Below, in pieces: positions 53,421 to 64,000 of a DNA stretch of 64,000 bases. This DNA is from Hydrolagus colliei (taxonomy: Eukaryota): positions 95,666,001-95,730,000 of the forward strand of contig CM068743.1 in the NCBI GenBank assembly GCA_035084275.1, in the 5' to 3' direction. The position numbers were made by a program, and so were the translations under genes. Positions within the stretch are counted from its first letter, which is position 1. Each line of letters starts with the position of its first letter. The notes beneath the pieces were generated by a model, which did no database searches, was not told where the DNA came from, and saw nothing but the letters and a program-made list of their open reading frames with translations.

Positions 53421-54879
53421 TGGATAAATGGGCTTTTACTGTACACTGATGCAGGATGAAAATAGGCCTATCAGCCTAACTCATTGATGATGCTGTTTAT
53501 ACACTATGCTGGCCTTCACCTCCACTTAATCCTTGCAAAATCATTCTATTTTCTCCTCCCTCAAATAAGTATCAAGGGAATTGGGTGAAGTTAACATTTG
53601 TGGTGGTATCCCAACAATGTCGGCTCCAGCTTTTGTTTTAGGTGTTTATTGTATCCGACATTTGTGTAGGAGGAACCATTTGGGAAGCTGGTTCAGTTTG
53701 TTCAATGAGATAAAGTTCCTGTTGCTTCTCCAGCTAGGATCGCTCTACCCGTCTGGGTCAACACGAGTGGGAAGAATTTGTGCTCCTGGTGTCTTGTCTA
53801 TTCCTCCAAATCCTGTCAATAAAACAGATAATGGCTGGTCTGTTATCAGCAGTTACCTGAAGTACTTTAAAGCGGCATTGGTCATTAGAAATACTATGTC
53901 CCTGTCTAGCTCAGTAAGTTGTCTGATAGTACTTTGGTTTAATCTGTAAGGATACAGCATATTTTTATTGGGAGTGTCAGCCCTGATTGCAAGATCAAAG
54001 TCCTTCTTTCGACCCACAAATTTCTGACCAAGATGTGAGAGTGCTAACACCACACAAGGGAGACCATTGGGTTCAGCTGGTGTCCCTATCATAGAGCGGA
54101 GATCAGAGTCAATTAAAAACCTGTTGATTTCTTCCTGAATCAGTCTGGTCAAGTGTAGAACTCTGCACTTGGGTTGATGATGGGTTTCACAGCGAACGGG
54201 TTACACAACTGATGAAAGGGTAAAAACAGGTCGGGACATGTTCAGTGAACATCAGTCAACTCCACTCCCTTTTCAATGGTAAGCCAGAAATTTAGCTTTT
54301 CAAGGATTTGTTTGTGGAGTTCTGCAGCTCAGTGGGTTAGAGCACTCGCCTTGCGAGCAAGAGACCTGGGTTCGATGTCCTACAGGCCGAAGCATTGGGC
54401 AAGTTTTCTTCCTCGCGCCTGATAGTAATCCCCGAAGAAAAATAATAAAATGGGTTACTTCAATCGGGACACTGCTGTGAGCAATCGGCTGCTGCGTTTC
54501 TCCCACAAATATCCAGTCAATTCACTTTACATTGTGAAGCGCTTTGAGGCGTCTGGATGACGTGAAAAGCGCCAGATCAAATGCACGGATTATTATTTGA
54601 TTTGATTATTTGTTTCCTTGCAATAGCTTTGCGTCGCTAGAAATTCCAGAGTTTTTAAACAGTGCGCGCGATGGATAACTCGGGCGACAGCCCTCGGTTC
54701 CGATCCTCGAGTTTGTCCCTCAGAATACACGGGCAAAAGTCACTGCCCTTCAGAGAAATACCCCGTGAAGCGCTTGTGAGACAACCGGGGAGGCTCTGTA
54801 TCAAATGCAAGGATCGGTATTAAATTATTATGGGACAGTATTGAGATCCACGGTGCCTCCTCCCTCTCTCTGCCTCCCC

Positions 54880-55110
54880 CGAGTTTTGAACGCACCGAGT
54901 CACGCAGCCCGAGTGAGGGTGAGTCAGGGGCAGGGGATTTTGCTCACAGAGCACAAGCCTCGGGTGTGTGTACCACGTCCGCATCCACGGCAGGATCATG
55001 CCAGCGCCCAGGCGCTGATCACGCAGCCCCCACCTCCCCATTGGCCGGGGACGGACACACCTCGCACCGCTATTGGCGGCGCCGGGAGCCGGCGCTCGGG
55101 CTGAATGGAG
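54880..55110 (+). promoter_or_regulatory. KLF10: KLF10 CpG-island promoter with two inverted CCAAT boxes
   Basis: GC/CpG-rich; ATTGG at ~55040 and ~55072; lies upstream of a strong donor at 55252. Confidence 0.6.
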
Positions 55111-55252
55111 CCCGAGCTGTTTGATGAGCTGCTGCCGCCCACAGCTGCCGAGCGGCTGCGTTGGGAGCCAGGCGAGCGCTCGCTTCCTTTGTGTCTCCCC
55201 CCCCCCCGCTCCCCCCCCCCCCGCTCCCCTCCCGCCGCTGGACTTACTCACG
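55105..55252 (+). other. KLF10: Probable KLF10 exon 1 (start and coding status uncertain)
   Basis: ACG|GTGAGT donor; ATG at 55124 is in phase 0 with exon 2 but reads through poly-C runs that may carry indel errors. Confidence 0.5.
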
Positions 55253-55604
55253 GTGAGTATGTTACACCGTCAGCACTTTTTTTTAAAAAAAACACACCCC
55301 AGAAATGTGTGTTTTTGGTGTATAGAAAACAAACTCAATGTCACCGCCTGTAGTAGTAATAATAACAATAATCATTGTTGCGTTCGATACCGCGCCTTTT
55401 CTTGTCTCAAAGCAGTTTGCAGAGTGTGCTGTAAAGTGGATTGACTGTATATTTGTGGGCGAAACACGGCCTGGGTCAACTCAGGGGGTGGGGTTGGGGT
55501 TGGGGTCTACGTTAGGGGGGAAAAGGGTATTTTTATGTGAGATTCTCCAGCGCCTTGGGACGTCCCACCGACTGTCCAACTGTAACTTGTTGTTGAAGAT
55601 CCTC

Positions 55605-56080
55605 CTCTGCCCCTCCCCTCCCTCCCCCCCCCCACCTCTCCCCCCCCCACCTCTCCCCCCCCACCTCTCCCTCCCCACCTCTCCCCCCCCCCCCCACCAC
55701 CTCTCCCTCCCCCCCCCCACCACCTCTCCCTCCCCTCCCTCCCCCCCCCCCACCTCTCCCCTCCCCTCCCTCCCCCCCCCACCTCTCCCTCCCCCCCCCC
55801 ACCTCTCCCTCCACCCCCCCCCCCCCCCCACCTCTCCCTCCCCCCCCACCACCTCTCCCTCCCCCCCCCCCCACCTCTCCCTCCCCCCCCCCCCCCCCCA
55901 CCTCTCCCTCCCCTCCCTCCCCCCCCCCCCCCCCCACCTCTCCCTCCCCTCCCTCCCCCCCCCCCCCACCTCTCCCCTCCCTCCCCCCCACCCCCCCCCC
56001 CTCTCCCCCCCCCTCTCCCCCCCCCCCCCACCTCCCCCCACCCTCTCCCTCCCCCCCCCCCCCCACCTCTCCCTCCCCCC
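55605..56080. repeat. C-rich low-complexity repeat ((C)n-ACCTCT units)
   Basis: About 470 bp almost purely C/T with a recurring CCACCTCTCCC. Confidence 0.95.
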
Positions 56081-59000
56081 AACGCCCATCCTTCGCCTTT
56101 TCCTTTCCCAACAACACTTTCGCTGTTTTTGTCATTTTCACATGTTTGTCCCATCACTTTGTGAAGTTTTCACTGTCGCTGCTTGTAATGCGAATATGTG
56201 CAAATAGTGTACGATATTGTATTCTAAAGGTACAGGTTGTTTATACTGCGTGAAGCGCTCTGGGGCGCTATCCTGCGTGAGGGCGCGATCTAAATGCAAG
56301 TTGCTGTATTTGTTTTAAGAAGTCTGAACCGTCTGTTGGGTGAACGGTCGCACCTCTCCCCCTTTCTCCCATTCTGGCAGAATTGTTCGAAATGCAAATC
56401 AAAACAATGTTAGAATCATTGCAGTTCATTTCGCGCGTTGTCACACTTTTGAGACACTTCACAGCGCTTCACGGAATATATGGCAAAGTGAATTGACTGT
56501 ACGTTTTGTGGACGAAACGGTGGCAGTAGTATTAATGCGTACAAAATACTAATGCAACTGATTTAAATTGAATTGTGAAGTTTCCTGGGTCTGCATAGTT
56601 GTGCTGCCTTTTCTATTAGTATTAGTGTAGGTGGTGGTGCTGGGTGTTGTTCTCCTGAACTTGTGCGTTGCCCCTGTGTCTGGGGATCTCTTGTTTGTAA
56701 GTAGGTAAGAGGTCGCTGTGGTGACTGGTTCACTCATGTTTGTGTAATGCTGACAAGCAGCGGGGAAGCACGTAGCGTTCACATGAAACCACTCACAGTG
56801 TGTGCCAGAAATTAAATTTTGCTTGTAGCCCAAAGTCCACCAAACACTAACCCAAAAGTAGCCCAATATAATGCGTTGCCTTTAAGGGTAGCGAAGTGGC
56901 CGGCTTAGGTTTTGAAAATGTGTAAGGAAAGGTCTTCAAAGGAACAAATGTAATTTTTACAGGTTTTAATTGTTTTTCAAGTTAGTCATTCCTTCAATTG
57001 GAGTTATTGGCATTATTTATTGCCTTGTGGGCTGGGCTTAGCGAACCCTGGCTGTGCAATTGGGCCTGTGAGTGGGTGTGAGTGGGTGTGTTGGTGGGTG
57101 TGAGTGGGTGAGGAGTGGCAGTGTCTGCAGATTATGTATGTGGGGGTGGGGGGGACTATCTGGAGATTGGGCAGGTGATAGGGGATGCCCACTTTATGTG
57201 AGTTGCTTCTTGTCTAAACTGATCGGTGCGGCTCACGAATCATTAGGATTTCTAGCTATGTCTACCATTAATTTTCTCATTCATTTATAAAGTATTGAGC
57301 GAAAACATAACCCAAAAGCTAGAATTTTACGTGGCCATTACAAGTATATTCAATTTGTTGTTTGTGTTCTTCACTTTGAATTGGAAGTTATTATATTTCA
57401 GGTCCGGAGGACGTCCCAAGGCACTGTTTCAGACCCGAGCTGGGGAAAGGAGGGGATTTGGGGTGACTGATGGGACCGTCGAAGAGGAGGGTGTTGAGGC
57501 AGGACTTGAAGGAGGCTGGGGAGGGGGCGGAGAGGAGGAACAGCGGGATGGAATTCCAGAGGTTATAGGCAGAGTGGGTGAAAGCTCACCCGTTGGTGGG
57601 GCGGTGGGACATGGAGCAGGGCGGAGCCTGCTAAGCAGAGGGGACGGGCAGGGTGGTAGGGGTTTAGGAGGTCACAGAGGTAGGGTAGGGTGAGGCCATG
57701 GAGAGCTTTGAAGGTGAGGATGGGAGGGCTTGAGAATTGAAGGGAAGAATCATTGATGGGATACTATCTAATGCCTGTTTGTTAATTGGGGCAACCAGGG
57801 AGGACATTTAATGAGAAAAATAACTTCTGACATAAATGTGCTCTTAATAGCAATAAATAACATAGTACTGTAATTTGCTAATGCTCTATATTAAAATTAG
57901 GTATCAAAACTCGGTATGTGCATTTTTTCACATATGATTAGCTTAATGGATTCTTCATTTTTGCCCAATATATAAGGGATTTATTCTTGATCATCCCCAT
58001 GTTTAGTTGTAAAGGGTGTGGTAGTAATCAACAGTGCTTCTGGCAATGTCGTCACAATATTTTAATATTGATATTTTAAGCATTTTGCGAACCTTCTGAA
58101 TTTGGTGCTTGAATTTAGGAATGTTTTCCTATTAGATTGTTTCTTTCAAATGAAATAGATTCAACAGAAACTGCAGAACACACAAGTGTCACCTGAGAGC
58201 TGGCTGGTGTTTTAAGAGGCCTATATTTTATATATATATATTACATGCAAATATTTTTATAAACCAAGCATTATTTGCAAGTATCAATGCAAGTATTATT
58301 AATGAATTAGGAAAAAACAGAGCTCCATATATATATGTATATGTGTATGTGTAGAGTAAAAGCTTGGTTATCCGGCAACCAAACAACCGGCACGCTCAAC
58401 CAACGGTATCTCCCAATACAAATAAAATTTGAGTATACGTGGTTTTCCCCGTGCGTATGCTCACTTTGCACATGCGTGTGCATGCGCACTTATTAAACTT
58501 ACCAAACGCGATTTTACCAAGTGCGCTGTTTTCTAGGAACGTAACCCCCGCGTTCAGCAAGGGTTGACTGTACCATTTATGTATATTTTATTGGTAAGTT
58601 TCCATAAAGTATTCTGTTATTATTTACTCTATTATTTTCGGCAACTTGCCACTTGAATATCCGGCATATTCGATTAAACGGCACCGGTCAGGTCCCGAGA
58701 GTGCCAGGTAACAAAGCTTTTACTGTAGTAAAATATATATACTCTGGGCTCTGTTTCATTAGATTACTAACCACCAGTGACACTGGAAAATAGTTGGCTA
58801 GCCCTGCCTTGAAACCTTCCTGAAGATGTTGCACGTTTATTATAAAGTTGTTGGGGAGACGGAAAGAAGTGAAAGCCTGCAGTGAAATTAGATTCCTTGC
58901 CAGTATCCATTTGTGATGAGGAAATTGCTGATGACTGTAAACTTGCTGCCAGGAGAAACTCTGCAATTGCGTTTGGTGTGGAGTGGAATGTTGAAGGGCT

Positions 59001-59395
59001 CTCACTATACCAGACGCATCAGATACCAAATTAGAGTAGTTCAGCCTATTGATCGCTCCTTACACAGCGGGTGCTGTAATTTAAAGTTTTGTGTATTCTT
59101 TCAGGTTGCATTTTTCAGAAGAGAGAAAAGGAGAATGAAGCTTTGAGTAAATTGGGCAGTGCGTTCCCTTCTTGGTAATCTGCAAAACAGTAATAATAAT
59201 CCTTGTATTCTTATAGCAGCTTTTACGTTGGGACTGTTTTCTGGGCGAAAAGAACAGTTGAAAATGTCAGCAGGGTTTGGAAGTCCATTTTTAAAAGAAC
59301 AAAAGCATTACCACTCAAAATATTACTCCCGGGAGGCCTGTGGTCGCTGTTAAACTGCATATAATAACTAATCAATTTCCTTTCCCCTCCTGCAG

Positions 59396-59623
59396 GACAA
59401 ATCAATGGAAATGGATTACAAAAAGTACAGTGAGTGTTTTTGGACCAGAGGTACAGAGAAAGACATCGAAGCAGTTGAAGCACTCATGTCAATGAGCTGC
59501 AGTTGGAAATCAAATGTAAAAAGCTACACTGATCTCAGACCATTGACCCCTGTGTCTGATGGGTCGGAGGAAACTGAAGATGTTGTGCCCAGTTCCCCTG
59601 ACTTCCATACTTTACCACAGTTT
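59396..59623 (+). CDS. KLF10: KLF10 exon 2 (Sin3-interaction domain R1); first in-exon ATG 59405
   Basis: DIEAVEALMSMSCSWKS...RPLTPVSD...PDFHTLPQF; strong acceptor and GTAAGT donor. Confidence 0.93.
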
Positions 59624-60455
59624 GTAAGTACTGTAGCTATTAATTGAGCAATACAGTTAGAAGAAATGTATGTCAACTTAATACTACTAATCCTTGATTT
59701 GAAAAAGTACTTTATCACGTTTTTGAGACGTCTCAAAGCACTTTGGAAAATATACTGCTAAGTGAACTGACTGTAGGTGAAACACGGCAGCAAATGCACA
59801 AAGTAGTGTTGCATAAATAAACATGGATTGAGTGACCAAATCATTAAAATAATTAATTATTCTTTTTAAAAAAATTCAGGGGATTATTATTAGTGATCCG
59901 CCAATTGGGTTCCTATGTATGGCTGGGTGAAGTAAGAAAATTTGCCCAATGTTTCACCCTGACTGGAATTGAACCCAGGTCTTCTCGCTTGTGAGGCAAG
60001 TGCTCTGATCTGATCATTAAGTTACAGGACTCCTTATTCTTGACTGTGACTACAAAGAGCGGTGCTGAACCAGCGGACCCACAGATCACTTAAAGTTATC
60101 CTGCTTTATGTTGAGTCAGCCGATTACGAATTGACCTCAACACTTCAGAGCTCGGGAGGGGAAAATCAGTGGAGGTTGAAGAAGACTTGAACGATATTGG
60201 ATGAGGGGAGTCATCAGTCAGTCATGATGTTCCCCTCCCCATCCTAAAGCATGCTTATGTACAGTCACTAGTCTGTGGAACTGTATTGAAGCATTGGTGG
60301 CTGCTTTGAATAGGGGATGTAAAAACTGGAAGAAGAGGAAGGGATAAGAAAGGCAGTTAAGAATACAAATACCTGACAATGTTAGCAATGTTTTCAAAGT
60401 GCTAAATTATTAATTGAGAGTCTGGTTCTAACTTTTATTTTTTTCTTATCTGTAG

Positions 60456-61461
60456 TGTCTGACGCCACCGTACAGCCCTCCAAACTTTGAGGTGTCTCAA
60501 GTGGTGCATCCTGTGATGAGAGCCCTGGTGCCCCAGACTTCAATGTCTAAAGTGGAACTTCATTCAACCAAACAGGCCAACAAGGTCCCAGGTGTATGGC
60601 CAGTATCCAAAGAGGTCAGTCCACTGCAGAACGTGAAGGCAGGAACCAGCGGAGCAAGACAAAGATCCCAAGCCACAAGCGTGATTCGCCACACAGCAGA
60701 CGCACTACCATACACGGGTGGCTCCTGCCCAGTTAATATGACCACTACATCCACTGAGCAGGAGACGCCCAGGTCTTGCCCAGGTAACACGGGCACTACA
60801 TCCACTGAGCAGGAGATGACGTACATGACCAATCCAGAGAATAGGAATGAACAGAAAAGCAGAGAGACCGTGAGCAGCAAAGTGAACTCTCTATCAAGTG
60901 AGGTGTTTTTTCCAGTCAGTTTGGCCGAAACTAAAGTATCGAAAGCAGACAAACCCAGTCAGTGCCCGGTAACAGCTGTTCATTCTGTGCCGTTCTTCCA
61001 ACAATCTACTTTACCAAATTGCCGGCTTTCTGCAGCTGCTTCAGTGTCAGTGCCGTCTCAGAGAGTCTCGTGTCTCGCTGTTCCACCAGCGTCTATCATG
61101 TGCCAAGTGTTACCAGTTGCCACAAACGGCTCTCTTGTGACTGCTGTGGTTCCTCACGTTGCATCCAGGAAACAGTCAGCCCTGAGCCCGCCTGTCGTGT
61201 TCATGGGGACTCCACTTTCAAAGACTGCGGTGATGTTTGTGGTGCCTCAGCCCACTTCCCAGAACACAAAACCACAGCTCACCAGCCCGAGTGGTACCCG
61301 TCTCTCTCTTATTGCTCCTGCCCCTGGCTTCTTGCCAGCGGTCCAGCTCATTCCCCAAACTGACGCATCTCGAGACCGCAGCCATGTATGTGACCACACA
61401 GGTTGTGGGAAGACATACTTTAAAAGCTCTCACCTGAAGGCCCATAAGAGGACACACACAG
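60456..61461 (+). CDS. KLF10: KLF10 exon 3 (R2/R3 repression domains and zinc finger 1)
   Basis: [65 protein letters not shown]. Confidence 0.96.
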
Positions 61462-61700
61462 GTAAAGTACCTTTCTTTTCTCCCCTTCTATAACCAAACT
61501 GAGGCCTCATTTAGCATCTCAGTGCTGTTCATGCTGAGATCAGCTAACAAGACATTTGAACCGTGAAAACTCAGGCTTTCTGGGGGAACTTGAATTACTT
61601 TATTTTTTGAAGTGACCCTTCAAAGCTTAGTGCTGGAGATTTGCTGAATTGTATGGTGGGATTGTGGTGGTAACGATGAATGTTATTGTTGATTTTGTAG

Positions 61701-61954
61701 GTGAGAAACCCTTCAGTTGCAGTTGGGAAAGTTGTGATCGAAGGTTTGCACGTTCTGATGAATTGTCCCGACACCGCAGGACCCACACAGGAGAAAAGAA
61801 ATTTGTCTGTCCGATGTGCGAGCGGCGGTTCATGAGGAGCGACCATCTCTCTAAACATGCGCGTCGCCACCTGTCCTCTAAGAGATTCCCGAATTGGAAG
61901 CTGGAAGTGCGGAAGCTCAATAATGCCATCATTTCGCCAGCACCTGCTCCGTAA
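61701..61954 (+). CDS. KLF10: KLF10 exon 4 (zinc fingers 2-3)
   Basis: [65 protein letters not shown]; AZIN1 linkage and ALMSMS favour KLF10 over KLF11. Confidence 0.96.
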
Positions 61955-62702
61955 ACCTCTGACTCTTCAAGCACTTCTGTCTGTGTACGAGGACTATTCG
62001 ATTCTGAACCACTGAGCTACCTAGGGAGTGCAGAAACAAGATGTTTTTATACATTGTATGAACGAAAATTTGGAATGCACAAAGTGAGGTGAACGTGGAG
62101 TAACAATGATTTTTGCACTTCAAACAATCACGATGGATTGTTAGCCAATGAATTATACAGAAATATTGGGATGTAAATAATGCTACATTTTATAAGTTTA
62201 TAAATGTCACCGGTGTATACGTGGAAAGAGTTTGTAATTATTGGTAGGGTATTTATTAGTTTCATACAATCACTGCGAATTGTTTAAAATATACTTTTTG
62301 TATTGAATTTATTGCTTATTGCTGAAGCTGTTTCTTTTTTAGCATGTTTTTTTTGTCACAACCACTTTGCTGGTTATCATGGCAAATCTGCACAGTTGTA
62401 GCATTTATCCCTTTATTACATACAGTTTAGTCCTGGCTTCATTGTGCATCATTATCTTAGTTCATCATAGCAGTATTTGGCATAGAAAGTAGATTAACCT
62501 TTAAATTACAGTTTAATGCTTTTGCTGCATTGCCAACCAAACATTTCCTTTCAACAAGCAGGGTGAGTATGAGCAAATGATTGCCCATTACTTTTACAAG
62601 TCTTAGATTAATGGAGTATCATTATGTGATTCAGCAACTTGCTTGGATTTTGCACAATATTTTGTTATTGATGAACTTTGTTTACATGTTCAATGTTGAG
62701 AC

Positions 62703-62708
62703 AATAAA
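62703..62708 (+). terminator. Candidate KLF10 polyA signal
   Basis: AATAAA at the end of a ~750 nt U-rich 3' region. Confidence 0.55.
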
Positions 62709-64000
62709 TTGTCTATTGCACAAATAATACAATTGTCTAATTTATTATAAAGTGATGTAAACGTTGGAGCAGAGGGCATAAGCTTGCTTGATCTTTATTT
62801 TTCTGTGGGAGTAGAACATGTAAAATCAGGGTTTTGCAGTTTCCCTGGCTTTTGGGGTTTTGGAGGTGTCAGAAAAGTTACCAGAGAAAAACACCTTGAG
62901 ATGGCCAAACCAAAAGTCAAAACCGTAAGTGTCATAACCAAGTGACATTGAAACTGTGATGCCACTGAGGGTTTAAGTTAATAAGATTAACATATTAAAT
63001 AGTGCGCTTTATTTCAATTATAGGGTTAATAGAGACTAATAGTTGAATAGCTCCTGGATAGTACTGATATGACTGGGTGTAACCTGCAAGCAGAAGTGAG
63101 TAACAGCAGAGCTGAGTGCAAGGATCCAATCAGGCCACGATCACGTGCCCAAATACTGAAGGTTCACGTGAACATCATGTGAATGCTGTCGGACTTATAG
63201 TTAGCTCCGGTCAGGCACCAATTGAAACAATCTATCCACAACACAGACATGGTCAGCAACCTTGAGCAAAAGGGAGAGAAACAACTTATCTGCACTATAG
63301 CTACGCCCTTTTTTTTCCTTTGTTAGTTCAGAATCACTTAGTGCAACGCAAAGAAACTGCTTTGAAACTTTTTTGCCTATACTTTTGAACACGTGCTGAA
63401 TAAACTTTGAAAAACCACTTCTTGGACTTCAATCTTTATTGAAGAAATACATGATCTAACAATATATGATATATTATTGTAGCAACTAATACTGCAGCCA
63501 ATATTAGAACTCGCAGAACTCTGATCGCAGCAATTATAGTTACATGAGATAACAACATACATTTATATATAGTAGAAGCCCGTTTATCCGTGACCCGATC
63601 AACCGTAACTTCCGTATAACCGGCACCGCAAAAAAAAATCTCCATTCGATAAACTGGAATTTATCCAGAAAAATGCATTTTTGGGGTGTTTTCTATTGCG
63701 TCAGTATTTTGGAATGCTGCTACTAGGTGCCTGATGGTGGCGGTAGCTCAGAACGCTGCCGGTACTGTAAAGCAATGCACTCTCTGGAGTCTACTCTTTG
63801 AGAGGCAGAGCAGGGTGAGTTGATTAATTTAGCTACAAAACAGCAAAACACACACCCACTCAGAGCAAAGCTTGCAGATCAATTCATTGGCTTTTATTTT
63901 AATAAAAAAAAGACTCATCCTGTAATGCTAGTTTTACAGAGTGCAGTGTTTCAAATTAGTGCACGCACACACACACAGGCATCGCAAGGCTTTTTGGAAA

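Noticed and set aside
55338-56207. Long Pro-rich/Gly-rich ORFs (200-289 aa)
   Set aside because: Produced by stop-free C/G low-complexity sequence in all frames
61649-61700. N-terminal part of ORF 61649-61954
   Set aside because: Intronic read-through; the true acceptor is at 61700

Overview
Vertebrate genomic DNA, most likely a cartilaginous fish (inferred from Deu-domain SINEs, abundant L2/CR1 LINEs and protein divergence). It holds two + strand genes. (1) AZIN1 (antizyme inhibitor 1): TATA/CpG promoter near 14.16 kb, two leader exons and 10 coding exons (31268-50926, ~459 aa). (2) KLF10: probable first exon near 55.1-55.25 kb, coding exons 59396-61954. The most interesting signal is the AZIN1 regulatory layer, which the ORF track misses. 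A 17-codon AUG uORF stops 2 nt before an AUU-initiated, intron-split 53-codon uORF ending EPPWDPS* (polyamine/eIF5A sensor). That uORF is in frame with the main ORF, so skipping exon 2 would fuse an NLS-like PPKKKRR leader onto AZIN1. Upstream acceptors before coding exon 4 all create premature stops (poison extension). Intron 1 carries a decayed LTR retroelement containing an intronless ZNF236-like fragment. The rest is dense SINE/LINE/MITE sequence. All homology calls are from recalled sequences, not database searches.
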